Of a stretch of DNA of 64,000 nt, positions 46,681 through 57,620 are shown in pieces; position 1 is the stretch's first letter; each line of letters starts with the position of its first letter. Below the pieces are notes generated by a model. It was not told the DNA's origin and searched no databases. It saw only the letters and a program-made list of their open reading frames with translations. Both the position numbers and the translations under genes were made by a program. The DNA lies in IMG/VR virus record IMGVR_UViG_3300025012_000043, positions 32,001 through 96,000 of that record. One strand, 5' to 3'. The DNA comes from a virus.

Positions 46681-47623
46681 TTTTAACTCTAAACTGTGGC
46701 GTATATGAATTACTTCTATTTAATAAATTAATATACAAATCATATACAGACATAGTGTCTAACATTTTAGATAACACCTTATAGTATAAAGGGTCAATAG
46801 TTTTAAATGCCACTCTCACTATACTGGTGATCTTATCATTTGGCCGTTCTTGTAACATTTTAATATGAATATCTGTAACTATTTCGTATAATTTCCTCAT
46901 CTCCATATCAACAACAAAATCTAATAATATGTCATTACGTTTTTGGTTTAATTGATTAACTCCTGCAAATGGTATGTCATCACCATTCAATATCGCACAT
47001 TTATCAATATCTGAATACCATATAGCCGGATATGCAACAATAGAGGACCGCTTGATAGTTTTGTGATCCAACATACCAATCTCACTATTCAATATGGCTA
47101 CTGCTTTCTTAATCATCCCAACCTGTGTCTTTATTGGCTCACCATGTGTATATACCATTCTCATTATTCTGGTCTGATCGCACATCAAGATATTTACTAT
47201 ATTAGCTTCGGTGTCTTTATTAATTATACCACTTAATATATATTCATTTGGTAAAAATGTGTACTTTTCTGGGACCATACACCTAATAATACCATTAACA
47301 TATAATATATATATATTTTCAGTATATTTACTAAATATATCATTTAAGCACCTTACTGCAAGATCATTAGATAATGATGTTAACAAGGAATAAGTGGTAG
47401 GTCGATGAGTAAAAAGACGAGAGATGATGGGGAGTAAATAAGGGGGGACATTAAATTGAAGTTTTCTTTGTTCAGTTTTACCACCAATATTAAAATATCC
47501 GATCGTAATATCAACCTTATCAAATGATATGAAATTAACATATACTGGGGGGACCAGTAATTCACTAAGCCCCCCAACCTTAGCATATTTAATCGCTTCC
47601 CGTAGAGATGTAAATTCAGCCAT
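46634..47623 (-). CDS. DUF932-like protein (divergent)
   Basis: IRCMVPEKY..LPN and ILNSEIG...SSI.AYP.I...C..LNG resemble DUF932 motifs. Confidence 0.45.
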   Translation of the reverse strand: MAEFTSLREAIKYAKVGGLSELLVPPVYVNFISFDKVDITIGYFNIGGKTEQRKLQFNVPPYLLPIISRLFTHRPTTYSLLTSLSNDLAVRCLNDIFSKYTENIYILYVNGIIRCMVPEKYTFLPNEYILSGIINKDTEANIVNILMCDQTRIMRMVYTHGEPIKTQVGMIKKAVAILNSEIGMLDHKTIKRSSIVAYPAIWYSDIDKCAILNGDDIPFAGVNQLNQKRNDILLDFVVDMEMRKLYEIVTDIHIKMLQERPNDKITSIVRVAFKTIDPLYYKVLSKMLDTMSVYDLYINLLNRSNSYTPQFRVKIEKLCGQIYGGFYDK

Positions 47624-47632
47624 AAATTTTTA

Positions 47633-47728
47633 TGGACATTAGGTATTAGACACCTCTCTAATTTGGGTTTCTTAAGCCTTAGTTAATTTAAGCTTTAATT
47701 GTGTTTGAATCATTTATTATTTTATCGT
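47633..47728 (-). pseudogene. tnpB: Internally deleted tnpB relic
   Basis: ATG 47713: MIQTQLKLKLTKA*ETQ-IREVSNT* matches the start (MIQYQRKLKLTKVQEAQ) and end (EIREVA*) of the intact tnpB; same upstream ACGATAAAATAA and downstream ATGTCCA. Confidence 0.8.
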
Positions 47729-47741
47729 TATATGGGGATCA

Positions 47742-48197
47742 TCAAATAGTATTTTCAAGACAAAATATGCTACCTAATGTTGCTTTTCTATTTGGTCTAT
47801 ACATATAATTCAATTTTAAATAAAATTGAAACCAATCTTTTCCAAAATTGGCACCAGCCCATTTGTCTTTATGAAGCAAATTTGGATAGGTTAAAACTGC
47901 CCAATACAAAGCAGAATCAGACAATGTATTATTTTCATATTTGGCCTTATACCCAAATTCATGTGCACGACCAAGCCATTTAGCTAAATTATAAACCCCA
48001 TTTTGTTTAAACACCTCACATATAATATAAAACTTATGTGAATTTACCCTATGTGAGGCAGGTCCACCACAACATCCCCATGTCTTAATCCATGATTTCA
48101 TATTAATTTTCTTTATTAAATTTCTCATAGCGGGATCTACAAATTTATAATCAATATTATCTGGTGGCATAACTATAGTACCATATGATTTCATCAT
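47742..48197 (-). CDS. Hypothetical protein with TYW3-like N-terminal motif
   Basis: VDP.M..LI..IN...I.T..CCGG. Confidence 0.45.
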   Translation of the reverse strand: MMKSYGTIVMPPDNIDYKFVDPAMRNLIKKINMKSWIKTWGCCGGPASHRVNSHKFYIICEVFKQNGVYNLAKWLGRAHEFGYKAKYENNTLSDSALYWAVLTYPNLLHKDKWAGANFGKDWFQFYLKLNYMYRPNRKATLGSIFCLENTI

Positions 48198-50505
48198 CGT
48201 TGTGGTTGGTGAGTATAAAAATTACTCATGGCATCACGAATTTTACTCAATTTATTATATAATTGATTCTTATGTACTTCTATCCCAGCATTATTTAACA
48301 TAAATATTGTATCATGCATGGCACATCTTAATGGATATATCGTACTATTTTTACCTGTGTCTATCCGTATAATCCTGCCCATATCTCCCCTCCAATACCT
48401 GGCATTCATTTAGCTGCTCCTTTATATCTTCTTTCCTACGAAAATCAGAAGCTTTATTATTTTCCTTCTTTTCTTTGCCTACATTATTCATCACGCGTAG
48501 CCGATGATGGATATATAACCCATATATATTATCTTCAAGATGCTTTATTTCTTTATATAAGCCGCGATAACGAGTCATCAAATGATAATTATCATTTCTA
48601 AAAAGGGCATAACAATTTAATATATTCATCCACATCTCATATAAATGATGCCACGTATCTTTACCCTCGTGCATTAAACATCATCCTTCTATATAATTTT
48701 TCCAAAGCAATCACAACCTCCTCATCATCAAGCTCCTTAGCCATAATCCACTGCATAACAATTTGGAGATTAACTGGGTCAATATCTCCCTTGGGGAAAA
48801 AAGTATTTGCTAAGAAATCAGCAGTATCTTCAATTGATTCTGGTGCAATCAAAAATTTCGGTGGAATAGCCATATTATTTCCTCCTTCTATCTAATTCAA
48901 ACTGCATGTCTCTATATTTATATGCATTTATTTCCCGGTCTTCAATTATCATTGATATATTATGTACAATTATAGAAATATGATATCTAATAGATAAAGG
49001 ATTACGAAGATCACCAACTGTTATACCACAACATATACCATAAGTGAACCATAATCGCTGCCTAATATCACGTAATGCAATTAAGTTACTATAACGTTTA
49101 ATATAGGGATTACGACGATCAACAATAGGCATATCTATTTTAGTCCTTCTTCAATCACTTTATATAAATTATCTTCTAACATAAATATTTTACCACTTAC
49201 CCCCTCTATTTTCCTATCTATAAAAGAGCTAACAATAATGATATTCTGATATCGATCATCTCGCACAATAACGCAGTTATTTGTATAATTGTACGCATCA
49301 TTTAAAAGATCTCTGATATCAGATAGACGATCAATAGCATCGAAAATTGTCAAACTAGTTTTATTAATTTGATCACAAAAAACACTTTGTTTATACATTA
49401 TCTCCACCTCGACCAGTAAACTTCCCAACAATAAGATTTTAATTGAGATATCCTTATTCTTAATCCCTTGCTTAGTGGTATATCTGTACTGATTGATATT
49501 GATTTTTTTATATAAATAATTATATTATATAATATATCAGCCTTATGATAAAACATGATAGTTTATTGCCTTATTGACATCATATGTAATATGTATTACA
49601 TAATTTTTAATACTATGTATTCGTTTAAATATATGATCTGGATACCCGACATTACTGTCATATAAGTAAATTATTGCATTCCCTAATAATCTTCTAATTT
49701 GTAAACCGACATCTTTATTAGAGCCCATATTAGAATCCATTATCACCATCCCACCCATACCAATAATAATCATTAAATTTTACCTCTAACGCTAAGATTT
49801 TATCATACAACCTATCACTAATTATTATCCCTATATTGTCAGTGGTATCTCCAAGTAGGGTTATTATTTGTGCTGTGTATATATTATGTGCTAGTGATTT
49901 CATCCTCTTTCGCTTTTTCAAGACCGCCCCCATTTTCAATAATCACCTTGCGCAATTGATCTACTATAGTTTGTGGGAGGATTATTTCACCAGATATACT
50001 GGCATGATATGCATTTATATAATTCTTTAGTATTTCCTGTTGTTTCTGTTGAATTCTATAACGTCTAACCCGGATCGATACCTGATAACGATTGAACTCA
50101 ATTTCACAGGATTCGCATCGGGCCTTCTTTGGGACCGTATCTGGCATCAAGTGTTCAAGCGGGGGTACTATAAAATACTCTTGATGATTTTTGGCCTTAT
50201 TGATATTTCCTATTACATCCTTCCACCCATTACACTTACTAAATATCTTGGGGTCAAGAATGTCACGGTTCATTTGATTCTTGTTCCCATCTCCTTTTTG
50301 CCAGTTTCGCCCATTTCTCAGCCTTTATGACAAATTGATCTATAGATGGGTGGCAAATTGATTGATTCTCTGGTAATCCCTCCAATACCTCGACAATTGC
50401 ATTATGTGCGATCGTTGCATGATAATTTGCTTTACTATTAACTGGTATAAGACTAATGTTATTAAGTGCCATCATCGTACGATAATATGCAGTAGATTTT
50501 CTCAT
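48194..50505 (-). other. Second array of small coupled ORFs, mostly helical-hairpin paralogs
   Basis: ORFs 48194-48409, 48351-48674, 48661-48873, 48875-49132, 49135-49431, 49543-49773, 49730-49939, 49884-50273, 50263-50505, plus an unlisted 52-aa ORF (MFYHKADIL...) near 49400-49556. Confidence 0.55.
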
Positions 50506-50506
50506 T

Positions 50507-51256
50507 TTATTTTTGCCCTATAAATTTATTAGCGAGACTAGTTAATTGAGCAAATATGATACCAATTCTTGCAGATGATACTCCCCAATATGCTCCTACC
50601 TTCTTGTTAATGTTTATGCACCCGGAGCGCCATTTACCTCTACGAAATTCAAAATCAGATATACTGCCACTACAAGTACCACCACATGTAATACATGGCC
50701 CAGTATCTTTCCCACATAGTATATTAAATAAATCAACGGCCTTCTTGGCTTTTTGTTTCCCTAAAAATTCTCTAAATTTCTCAACTTCAAGTTTAGACTC
50801 AACTATTTTATCTGTACCCGATTGTCGTGCTGTTCCAGATAAAACCTCTTCTCCAAATACTGTTGTATATTCAATTGGACCATGACATTTAGGACATTTA
50901 TCATATTTCTTTACCGCCCATATCTTACATGAACAATGGGGGAGTAAATTACGATTACAAATTTTTCTTATGTAGTCCTGAACACTCTTTACACCACCAT
51001 CTAATAGATATCCTAAACAAGGACTTGTACCAGTACCTTCTTTGAAAGTCTTGACTTTCTTGAGACGTTTTACAACCCCGACCATGAATTCCTGCCGAAT
51101 ATCATCCGTGGTACAAAATGAAAGTAAGGATGGGGGAAATTTTACTGGTAAACCGCGTTTATTGATTTGATCATAAACTTCTTGGAATAATTTTTCCTTG
51201 TCATCATTAGACGGCTCAGAGATAGATATGTTAGACATAGATATACCCATTACCAC
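50507..51256 (-). CDS. Phage sigma-70-family factor with Zn-ribbon inserts
   Basis: Region 2-like DDIRQEF.VG...GYL...VQDYIRK; region 4-like KVGAYWGVSSARI; CxxC inserts. Confidence 0.7.
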   Translation of the reverse strand: MVMGISMSNISISEPSNDDKEKLFQEVYDQINKRGLPVKFPPSLLSFCTTDDIRQEFMVGVVKRLKKVKTFKEGTGTSPCLGYLLDGGVKSVQDYIRKICNRNLLPHCSCKIWAVKKYDKCPKCHGPIEYTTVFGEEVLSGTARQSGTDKIVESKLEVEKFREFLGKQKAKKAVDLFNILCGKDTGPCITCGGTCSGSISDFEFRRGKWRSGCININKKVGAYWGVSSARIGIIFAQLTSLANKFIGQK

Positions 51257-51496
51257 CTACCTTTCCGGGTTGTGGACTGATAATAGCCTACTTTTTGGGT
51301 TTAAGTAATTCTTCTTTGGTCGCTGTCGCTATCTCTTCTACTTTGTCCTTGAGGGTCTTACGTGTAGACTCTAAATCACCGATTACTTCCTCAAATGCGT
51401 CATCAAGTTGTTTCTGATATTCGATTTTAGGATCTACCTTAACTGTGGGCATAATAACCTCCGTAGTGAGTATTTATGTAACTCAAACAAACAATA

Positions 51497-51742
51497 CTAA
51501 TGAGCAATTTGCCACATATTATTATGCCAATACAAAGACTTAGTTGCCCCAGTTTTTATGTTAAGTATGTCCACACGTACCCATTTGGCATACTTCGTGC
51601 GCCATGATCTAGTTATTATATACCCCGATTTCCTTCTTCTATCTAACACTTCCTCTTGCTTTTGCGTTAGTTTTACTTTCTTCCAATCATCAATTTTTAT
51701 CTCTAAATATTGTCTCCTCGTATACATATTGGATTGCCGCAT
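51497..51742 (-). CDS. Hypothetical protein
   Basis: Basic, 81 aa. Confidence 0.45.
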   Translation of the reverse strand: MRQSNMYTRRQYLEIKIDDWKKVKLTQKQEEVLDRRRKSGYIITRSWRTKYAKWVRVDILNIKTGATKSLYWHNNMWQIAH

Positions 51743-51983
51743 CTAAAGACATTGATTGCCTATTAGTTGGATTGGTGATTTCGTATACTGAATACCAATC
51801 ATCAGCACCAAGCTCAATAGTATAACTCTTATTACCCCTAACGGATACGAAATTATCTGGGTGTTTTGATAAATAATTTAATAATATCTTTTCATATTCA
51901 GTCCGGGTAAAAATAGTAACTTCCTGGGTTGCTCCGCCTAAATAATTATCTAATACAAGTTGCATACCCTCATTTCTCCTCAT
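51690..51983 (-). CDS. Hypothetical protein
   Basis: 97 aa. Confidence 0.45.
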   Translation of the reverse strand: MRRNEGMQLVLDNYLGGATQEVTIFTRTEYEKILLNYLSKHPDNFVSVRGNKSYTIELGADDWYSVYEITNPTNRQSMSLDAAIQYVYEETIFRDKN

Positions 51984-52353
51984 TTAATTTAATTGTGTAC
52001 ATCTTTCCACCATTTGAATACACTATATCCTTAATACCACAATCACGGGCCAGTTGCAAACAACCTTTACATGGCCTAGCATTCTTTAGACCAGCCCTAA
52101 TAGACAAAAGTGTTGCGCCCTTAGTATGTGATGCCCAGTTTAAGGCCCTCATCTCTGCATGAGCCTTATCCTTAATTTTACCATAAGAAGAGGGCATGGG
52201 ACAAGTTTTCCCTTGAACATTGGTGGCAATTGACAGAAAAGATCGCCCTATGACCATAGCTACATGCTTATATCTAATATGATCTGAATTGATAGTATAT
52301 GCCTCAGCACGCTTCACAAAAGCCGAAATACGTTTACTCGGTTTGTCTTCCAT
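51970..52353 (-). CDS. Cytidine/dCMP deaminase-fold protein
   Basis: HAE and ARPCKGC Zn motifs; GIK.IVYS. Confidence 0.85.
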   Translation of the reverse strand: MEDKPSKRISAFVKRAEAYTINSDHIRYKHVAMVIGRSFLSIATNVQGKTCPMPSSYGKIKDKAHAEMRALNWASHTKGATLLSIRAGLKNARPCKGCLQLARDCGIKDIVYSNGGKMYTIKLNEEK

Positions 52354-52355
52354 AA

Positions 52356-53386
52356 CTATTTTATCGCAAGATAAGTATTTATGTAATATTTCATCCTTCC
52401 AATTGTTTCCTCAACAATAGTACAATGCAGTAATCCTTCCCCACTAATTGAAACAAATGCAGTACTATTACACTTGCCATGGTCTGAACCACCGACTAAT
52501 TTAGATTTTTTATACCCAGGCCCATGTTGAAATACTTTAATTAAATCTTCCGCTAAGTCCTTAATTGATAATAACGCAAATATTTCACTGCCCAACATTC
52601 GCCTCCCTAGAGTATTTGTTAATCTGAGTTGCTTCTCCACACATATTTAATAATAATTTGTGCAATGTTGTGACATAAATTGTCATATATGACAAAATAA
52701 TTGATACATTATACGTTGAAAATGTATTTATGTCATTCAAAAAGTCATTAAATATCAATACTCGTGTTATAAAATTCTCTAATAAGTCTATCTCTAATTT
52801 TGTCTTACCAATCAACTTTACACCCTTTCATTTTATGGTCTGCATATACTGCGCCATAAAAATATATAAAAATATAATATAGTTCTCTACTAATAAACCA
52901 ATGTCGCGATATGTTATTTAAAGTAGGATCGACACAATGACCAGCAAATACTCTAGCGTGACCAGCAATCCAAATTAATTCTGAATTAGTTAGTGGTCGT
53001 TGTAATCCAGGCTCCTCCATCGGCATCAATGTCAACCCCTTGTATATTGTGTGTAATTTTTAGATGTTCCAATAGACAGTCTAAATCTGGGAATGAAACT
53101 AACCGTTCACACGAATTACATACCCATTCCGTACCATGTAATTTTCTAAACCCAATCATTTCAAGCTGTGTCATACTTTATTAGTAATTTTGCCATCAGC
53201 ATCAGCAATAACCCTAATAAATTTATTCTGGACAAGCTCCCCATACTGAGCTTCTGTTAAGAAGTCACCAGGTAGTGGGCTATGCATATTTACACATCTA
53301 GTGACACGAAATTGGTTGCTGGCTACACCTTTTACTCGTTCTACATATACAGTACGAAAAATAGTCAACTCACCATTTTTAACCAT
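52356..53386 (-). other. Run of small hypothetical ORFs
   Basis: 52356-52640, 52585-52815, 52805-53035, 52986-53174 (C2H2 finger CNSC...HLKITH), 53171-53386. Confidence 0.5.
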
Positions 53387-53443
53387 GTATTTCTCCTTAG
53401 TGTGGTATAAACCTATTGATACACAATAAAATAATATTCATAT

Positions 53444-53932
53444 TTATATTGTAATATTGTTCTCTGTTGAGAAATCCGCTATTAGTCGGCCCTCCAAATG
53501 ATGATATTCATGTTGGAAAATCCTAGCCAAAAATCCATTGAGAGGACAATTAGTAGTTCTGTTATTATTTATATCGGTGAATGATACTCGTATATTTTCA
53601 TTTCTGGCAATTAATATATTGATACCAGGTACTGACAAACATCCTTCATTAATTATTTTCATAGAAGTATCTTTATGTAAAATAATCGGGTTAATAAATA
53701 TCATCTTACGTCCAGCATAATGTATTATAAATATGCGTTTATTGATACCAACCTGTGGAGCAGCCAAACCAACACCAGTAGGGTTCTTTTCTAGGGTATA
53801 ATGCATATTTCGTATCATTGTTTTAATTGTTGGTGTTATTTCTTCAACCTCAGTGTTGACTCCTTTTAAAATCTTTAAATCATCAGTATTAAACGCATTT
53901 AATATTCGTAATTTGTGTGTGTGTAGTTTCAT
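53444..53932 (-). CDS. def: Peptide deformylase
   Basis: GVGLAAPQVG, EGCLS, QHEYHHLEG. Confidence 0.95.
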   Translation of the reverse strand: MKLHTHKLRILNAFNTDDLKILKGVNTEVEEITPTIKTMIRNMHYTLEKNPTGVGLAAPQVGINKRIFIIHYAGRKMIFINPIILHKDTSMKIINEGCLSVPGINILIARNENIRVSFTDINNNRTTNCPLNGFLARIFQHEYHHLEGRLIADFSTENNITI

Positions 53933-53950
53933 ACTACCCTCCTTTATTTA

Positions 53951-54340
53951 TTACTTCTTGATTTTATACTGCCCAGCCTTCAAACGCTGTGCCTTAACCT
54001 CCGTACCTGCCCACGCAGACGCATCCTTCTTGAGTGGAAACCCGCCACATAATACTGATCCATCCTTAGCATAAACAGTCCATCCATCGTTCTCACTAGC
54101 CATTACTCCAGTAGCAGACTCGATGGTGGTTACTACTGCTGCTCCTGTGGTCTCATCAACAGTACTGGCTACTTCGTTCATCTCATCCTCCTTGGGTTGC
54201 CTAGCGGCTTTCGATTCCGCTGGCTCGTGTAGGAAACAATACGGCAACATGTTTTTGAAAATAATATCTGCTGGCGCTTTACATCTAATACACTTATACT
54301 TCTTTGGATCAAACTGAATTTCAGTTTCCGTCTTGTTCAA
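53951..54340 (-). CDS. Hypothetical protein with N-terminal Zn finger
   Basis: CIRC...YCFLH. Confidence 0.5.
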   Translation of the reverse strand: MNKTETEIQFDPKKYKCIRCKAPADIIFKNMLPYCFLHEPAESKAARQPKEDEMNEVASTVDETTGAAVVTTIESATGVMASENDGWTVYAKDGSVLCGGFPLKKDASAWAGTEVKAQRLKAGQYKIKK

Positions 54341-54926
54341 TCTTTTTTGCCTCCTTCCTCCCCATCAAATAATTAACAGCCTTTTCTAAAATTTCAACCG
54401 AATCACTAGCATAACCCAAAACGGAATTACACAGTGCACAAAGCAATCCCCTTATTTCTCCTGTAATATGATCATGATCCACACAAAAACCACCTAATGG
54501 TTTGGGATCATTAGTACCACAAATAGCACAAACATACTCTTGGTCCTTTAACATGTTATCATACTGTTCGATGGTAATACCATAGACACGTTTTAGTCTC
54601 CATCTTTTACCAGATTTCGCCATAGATTTCTTCCCATTTGGTGATGTCTGGTATTTTTTCTTAGACTTCTGTGTAACCAATTTACCTTTGGGTGTAGCCT
54701 CATATTTTTTCTTCCACTTCTTCATAGATATCTTGCCTATAGGTGTGGCCCTATATTTTTCTGAATTCGCATTCACACAAGGCTTACATTGAGATCGTAC
54801 CCCATCTTTCTTTCGCGCATCCTTATAAAATTCATCTTTAGATTTTTCAACTTTACACTTAGAGCAAATTTTCATTTTTTGCACTATAATGCTCATACCA
54901 TCTCTTCCGAGCCACACCTTTAACAA
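54321..54926 (-). CDS. Endonuclease VII-family homing endonuclease
   Basis: CSKC...CKPC, YGIT..QY, CAIC, VDHDH.TG.IRGLLC..CN..LG; true start probably internal. Confidence 0.9.
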   Translation of the reverse strand: MLKVWLGRDGMSIIVQKMKICSKCKVEKSKDEFYKDARKKDGVRSQCKPCVNANSEKYRATPIGKISMKKWKKKYEATPKGKLVTQKSKKKYQTSPNGKKSMAKSGKRWRLKRVYGITIEQYDNMLKDQEYVCAICGTNDPKPLGGFCVDHDHITGEIRGLLCALCNSVLGYASDSVEILEKAVNYLMGRKEAKKIEQDGN

Positions 54927-55203
54927 TACAGACCTCCTTATATATCTCTCTTATTTTAACATCTGTATCATTATTAATTCGTACCAATAACACCATTCTG
55001 TTTGTAGTCACCATATTAAAATATTTTGGTACACTGTAAAGGTGTCCTTTAGTACAATCCCACCCATATGCAAATGCAGTATATTGATGTGTAAACCCCA
55101 AATCTTCTAGTAATGCTAGTGTATTGTCGTTGTCTGTTGATGTATATACAAATACATTTGGGTCACCTACTAGCATATAAACAGCATAATGTCTTCGCGC
55201 CAT
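54859..55203 (-). CDS. Hypothetical protein
   Basis: 114 aa. Confidence 0.45.
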   Translation of the reverse strand: MARRHYAVYMLVGDPNVFVYTSTDNDNTLALLEDLGFTHQYTAFAYGWDCTKGHLYSVPKYFNMVTTNRMVLLVRINNDTDVKIREIYKEVCIVKGVARKRWYEHYSAKNENLL

Positions 55204-55206
55204 TAG

Positions 55207-56472
55207 TTATTCTCGTACCGGTATGACTTCACCGAATGGCACCTTACTCGCACCTCCTACAACCACCCATAATACTGGATAGTCTGGTTTTTTAGAGGGG
55301 AATGAACCAAAAGTGTCTGTTAAATATACCAATACCTTTGGCTTTATCCTCTCTTTTGTTACACGCTTAAACACTGGCCGAAAATCTGTCCCACCACCTC
55401 CTTTAAATTTAATTTTGCCAGGCAATTGCCACACATTCAGTGAATTGGCCTCAATAAATTCATGTACATTGGCATCACATGTCATTATGTAGGTACGTTT
55501 AGATAAATGCGCCATACCAATTAGTTCAGCAAGAAACCTTCGTAGCATGTTGTCATCTATTGAACCACTGGTATCAATGGCTGCAACTATATCACCAACC
55601 TGTGTACCATATGATGATGGCATGAAAAACCCAATAGCATGAGACTTCTTTGAAGGATAAAGTTTAGTACGTTGATATCCACGACACTTGGATTCCATTA
55701 AATTCTTTAGTCTCACCCACCAATCAACCTGTGGTTCCAATATCTCTTTGATCAATCTATCCAGTCCAGCGGGTAATTTACCCTGCCCAGCGGCCCTGGC
55801 AACTTGTGTAGCTTTTACAATGGCATGTTTAACCTTTGTATTTTCATGATCTTCTCTCTGTTTCTGAATATGTGTATCAAATCCTGAAGGATTGCCATGT
55901 ATAGGACATTTATTATCTCCGTCACTACCATCACCATCACCATCATCAGATACACTCTGGCTATCCTTGCTATTCCCACTGCCACCACAATTACATTTTA
56001 TTTTTTTAGCTTTCTCCAGTAATACCTTATAAACTTCCTCAGCAACCACCTCATCTAATTTTATATCTTTCATAGATTGGATTTTGACAAGTGCGGCATC
56101 ATTCCACAAAGATATCTCTGTATCTCGTTGATTGAATGATATACTGTTCTTCTCTAGTAGGTGATTATCAACGATGTCCGCTGCGATATTAAATAATTGC
56201 TTGTCTTTATTCATCCCCCTTTGCATGTGATCCATAATGACATGAACTATTTCATGGCATAATGCAAATTTGATATTTTCAATGGATCCCAGCAACTTTA
56301 TTCTATTTGCATTCCAATATAAATTATATCCATCTGTTCCCATGATGGATACTGATTCTGTTTCTATGATTGGAAGAGACAATAATATCGTGGCCCAAAA
56401 TGGATGATCTCTTAACAGTTGGATCTTTGCTGCACTCATCATCTCTTTGGCATCAGTGACAACGGTTACCAT
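55207..56472 (-). CDS. DUF2201 metallopeptidase-vWA protein
   Basis: HPFW, TDG, HEIVH, MIDAS IDTSGS, GGGGTDFRPVF, YLTD; start at MVTVV after GGAGG. Confidence 0.9.
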   Translation of the reverse strand: MVTVVTDAKEMMSAAKIQLLRDHPFWATILLSLPIIETESVSIMGTDGYNLYWNANRIKLLGSIENIKFALCHEIVHVIMDHMQRGMNKDKQLFNIAADIVDNHLLEKNSISFNQRDTEISLWNDAALVKIQSMKDIKLDEVVAEEVYKVLLEKAKKIKCNCGGSGNSKDSQSVSDDGDGDGSDGDNKCPIHGNPSGFDTHIQKQREDHENTKVKHAIVKATQVARAAGQGKLPAGLDRLIKEILEPQVDWWVRLKNLMESKCRGYQRTKLYPSKKSHAIGFFMPSSYGTQVGDIVAAIDTSGSIDDNMLRRFLAELIGMAHLSKRTYIMTCDANVHEFIEANSLNVWQLPGKIKFKGGGGTDFRPVFKRVTKERIKPKVLVYLTDTFGSFPSKKPDYPVLWVVVGGASKVPFGEVIPVRE

Positions 56473-56496
56473 TAACCCTCCTGGGGCATAAAGTGG

Positions 56497-56524
56497 TTGG
56501 GTGGGGCATTTCTGCCCCACCCAA
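56497..56524. promoter_or_regulatory. Intergenic hairpin between MoxR and vWA genes
   Basis: Perfect 12-bp stem ttgggtggggca-tttc-tgccccacccaa with no U-tract on the minus strand. Confidence 0.5.
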
Positions 56525-56528
56525 TTTA

Positions 56529-57578
56529 CTATTTTTGCTGCAACAGATTCATTATTTTCTTGATGATTGGCTTAAACTTGTCTTCTTGAATCTCTACCAC
56601 TTTATCCAGGAATGAGGTTTTTACATCCACGATAAACTTCATTTGAAATTCTGGTGGTATTACTTCCAGAAACATGACAAGATGTTTTGCAATCTTGTGT
56701 GACATCGTTTGTTTATTGGCATAATGAAGAACCGCATACACAGTGGCAAACTGATTTGATAGTTCCATACTTTTAAATCCATCGGGGATTCTACCTTCCT
56801 CAACAATCGCCCGCACATCGACTTTAGCAAACGTCTCAAAATATGCTACGAAACTGACCGCAGCACCTTCACCAACACATGCATATGCCAGGTCATTAAC
56901 AGTTGTTAAGGATCTCTTATCAACGTTCATCCATTTATCACCGAGAGCCCCAGTAAGAACATCAGACAACATTACCCAAGTGCGTGGAGTTGGGCTTGCA
57001 TATTGATCCGGCATCAGCTTTAAGAGAAGGTCTGGCTGATAATCAAGAAACGATATAATCTGGGTGGCAACCCCAGTATCTTTTGCATATGCTTTCCAAT
57101 CTTGTAGAGATGATTCTACAATAAAATTTACTAACCGTGTCTTGAATGGTACGGAAGGCTCGTTGATATATGCGAAATCCTCGCGCCTATTACCAGCTAG
57201 AATAATGCGGGTTTGTGGTGGGGCTTCCCAGTTGTCTAAACTACGATCTAAAACTATACGCAGAGCCGCATTCTGTACTGATGGCTCTGCGCATGAAAAT
57301 TCGTCAAACATCAATATAGTAGGTTCATTGATGATAGGCAGGAAGTCCGCACGTGCCCATTTACTCACCCCATCTTTCATATAGGGGATACCACGTATCT
57401 CACTAGGTTCAAATTGGGCCAGCCGAATGTCAATAAATCGCATCTTGTTTTCTTTTGAAATTTGTTTAATAATACTACTCTTTCCTAAACCTGGGGCTCC
57501 CCATAAACCTATTGAAACTTGTGGTGAATTCATTATTACTGTGCGGATCAATTCCTTAACCTTACCAATTGTCGGCAT
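56529..57578 (-). CDS. MoxR-like AAA+ ATPase
   Basis: WGAPGLGKS, DIRL, MFDE, VQNA, AGNR, PTPRTW; paired with DUF2201/vWA. Confidence 0.9.
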   Translation of the reverse strand: MPTIGKVKELIRTVIMNSPQVSIGLWGAPGLGKSSIIKQISKENKMRFIDIRLAQFEPSEIRGIPYMKDGVSKWARADFLPIINEPTILMFDEFSCAEPSVQNAALRIVLDRSLDNWEAPPQTRIILAGNRREDFAYINEPSVPFKTRLVNFIVESSLQDWKAYAKDTGVATQIISFLDYQPDLLLKLMPDQYASPTPRTWVMLSDVLTGALGDKWMNVDKRSLTTVNDLAYACVGEGAAVSFVAYFETFAKVDVRAIVEEGRIPDGFKSMELSNQFATVYAVLHYANKQTMSHKIAKHLVMFLEVIPPEFQMKFIVDVKTSFLDKVVEIQEDKFKPIIKKIMNLLQQK

Positions 57579-57620
57579 GAACTCTCCTTAGGATAGTGTG
57601 GCACAATGGTAATACAATAA

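Noticed and set aside
56473-56520. ORF-track N-terminal extension MGQKCPTQP of the DUF2201 gene
   Set aside because: Runs through the intergenic hairpin; a better RBS and ATG lie at 56472
51454-57620. Shared TATTGT...C(A/T)CACTA upstream of three genes
   Set aside because: Spacing is inconsistent (13, 18 and 20 nt) with only three cases in AT-rich DNA
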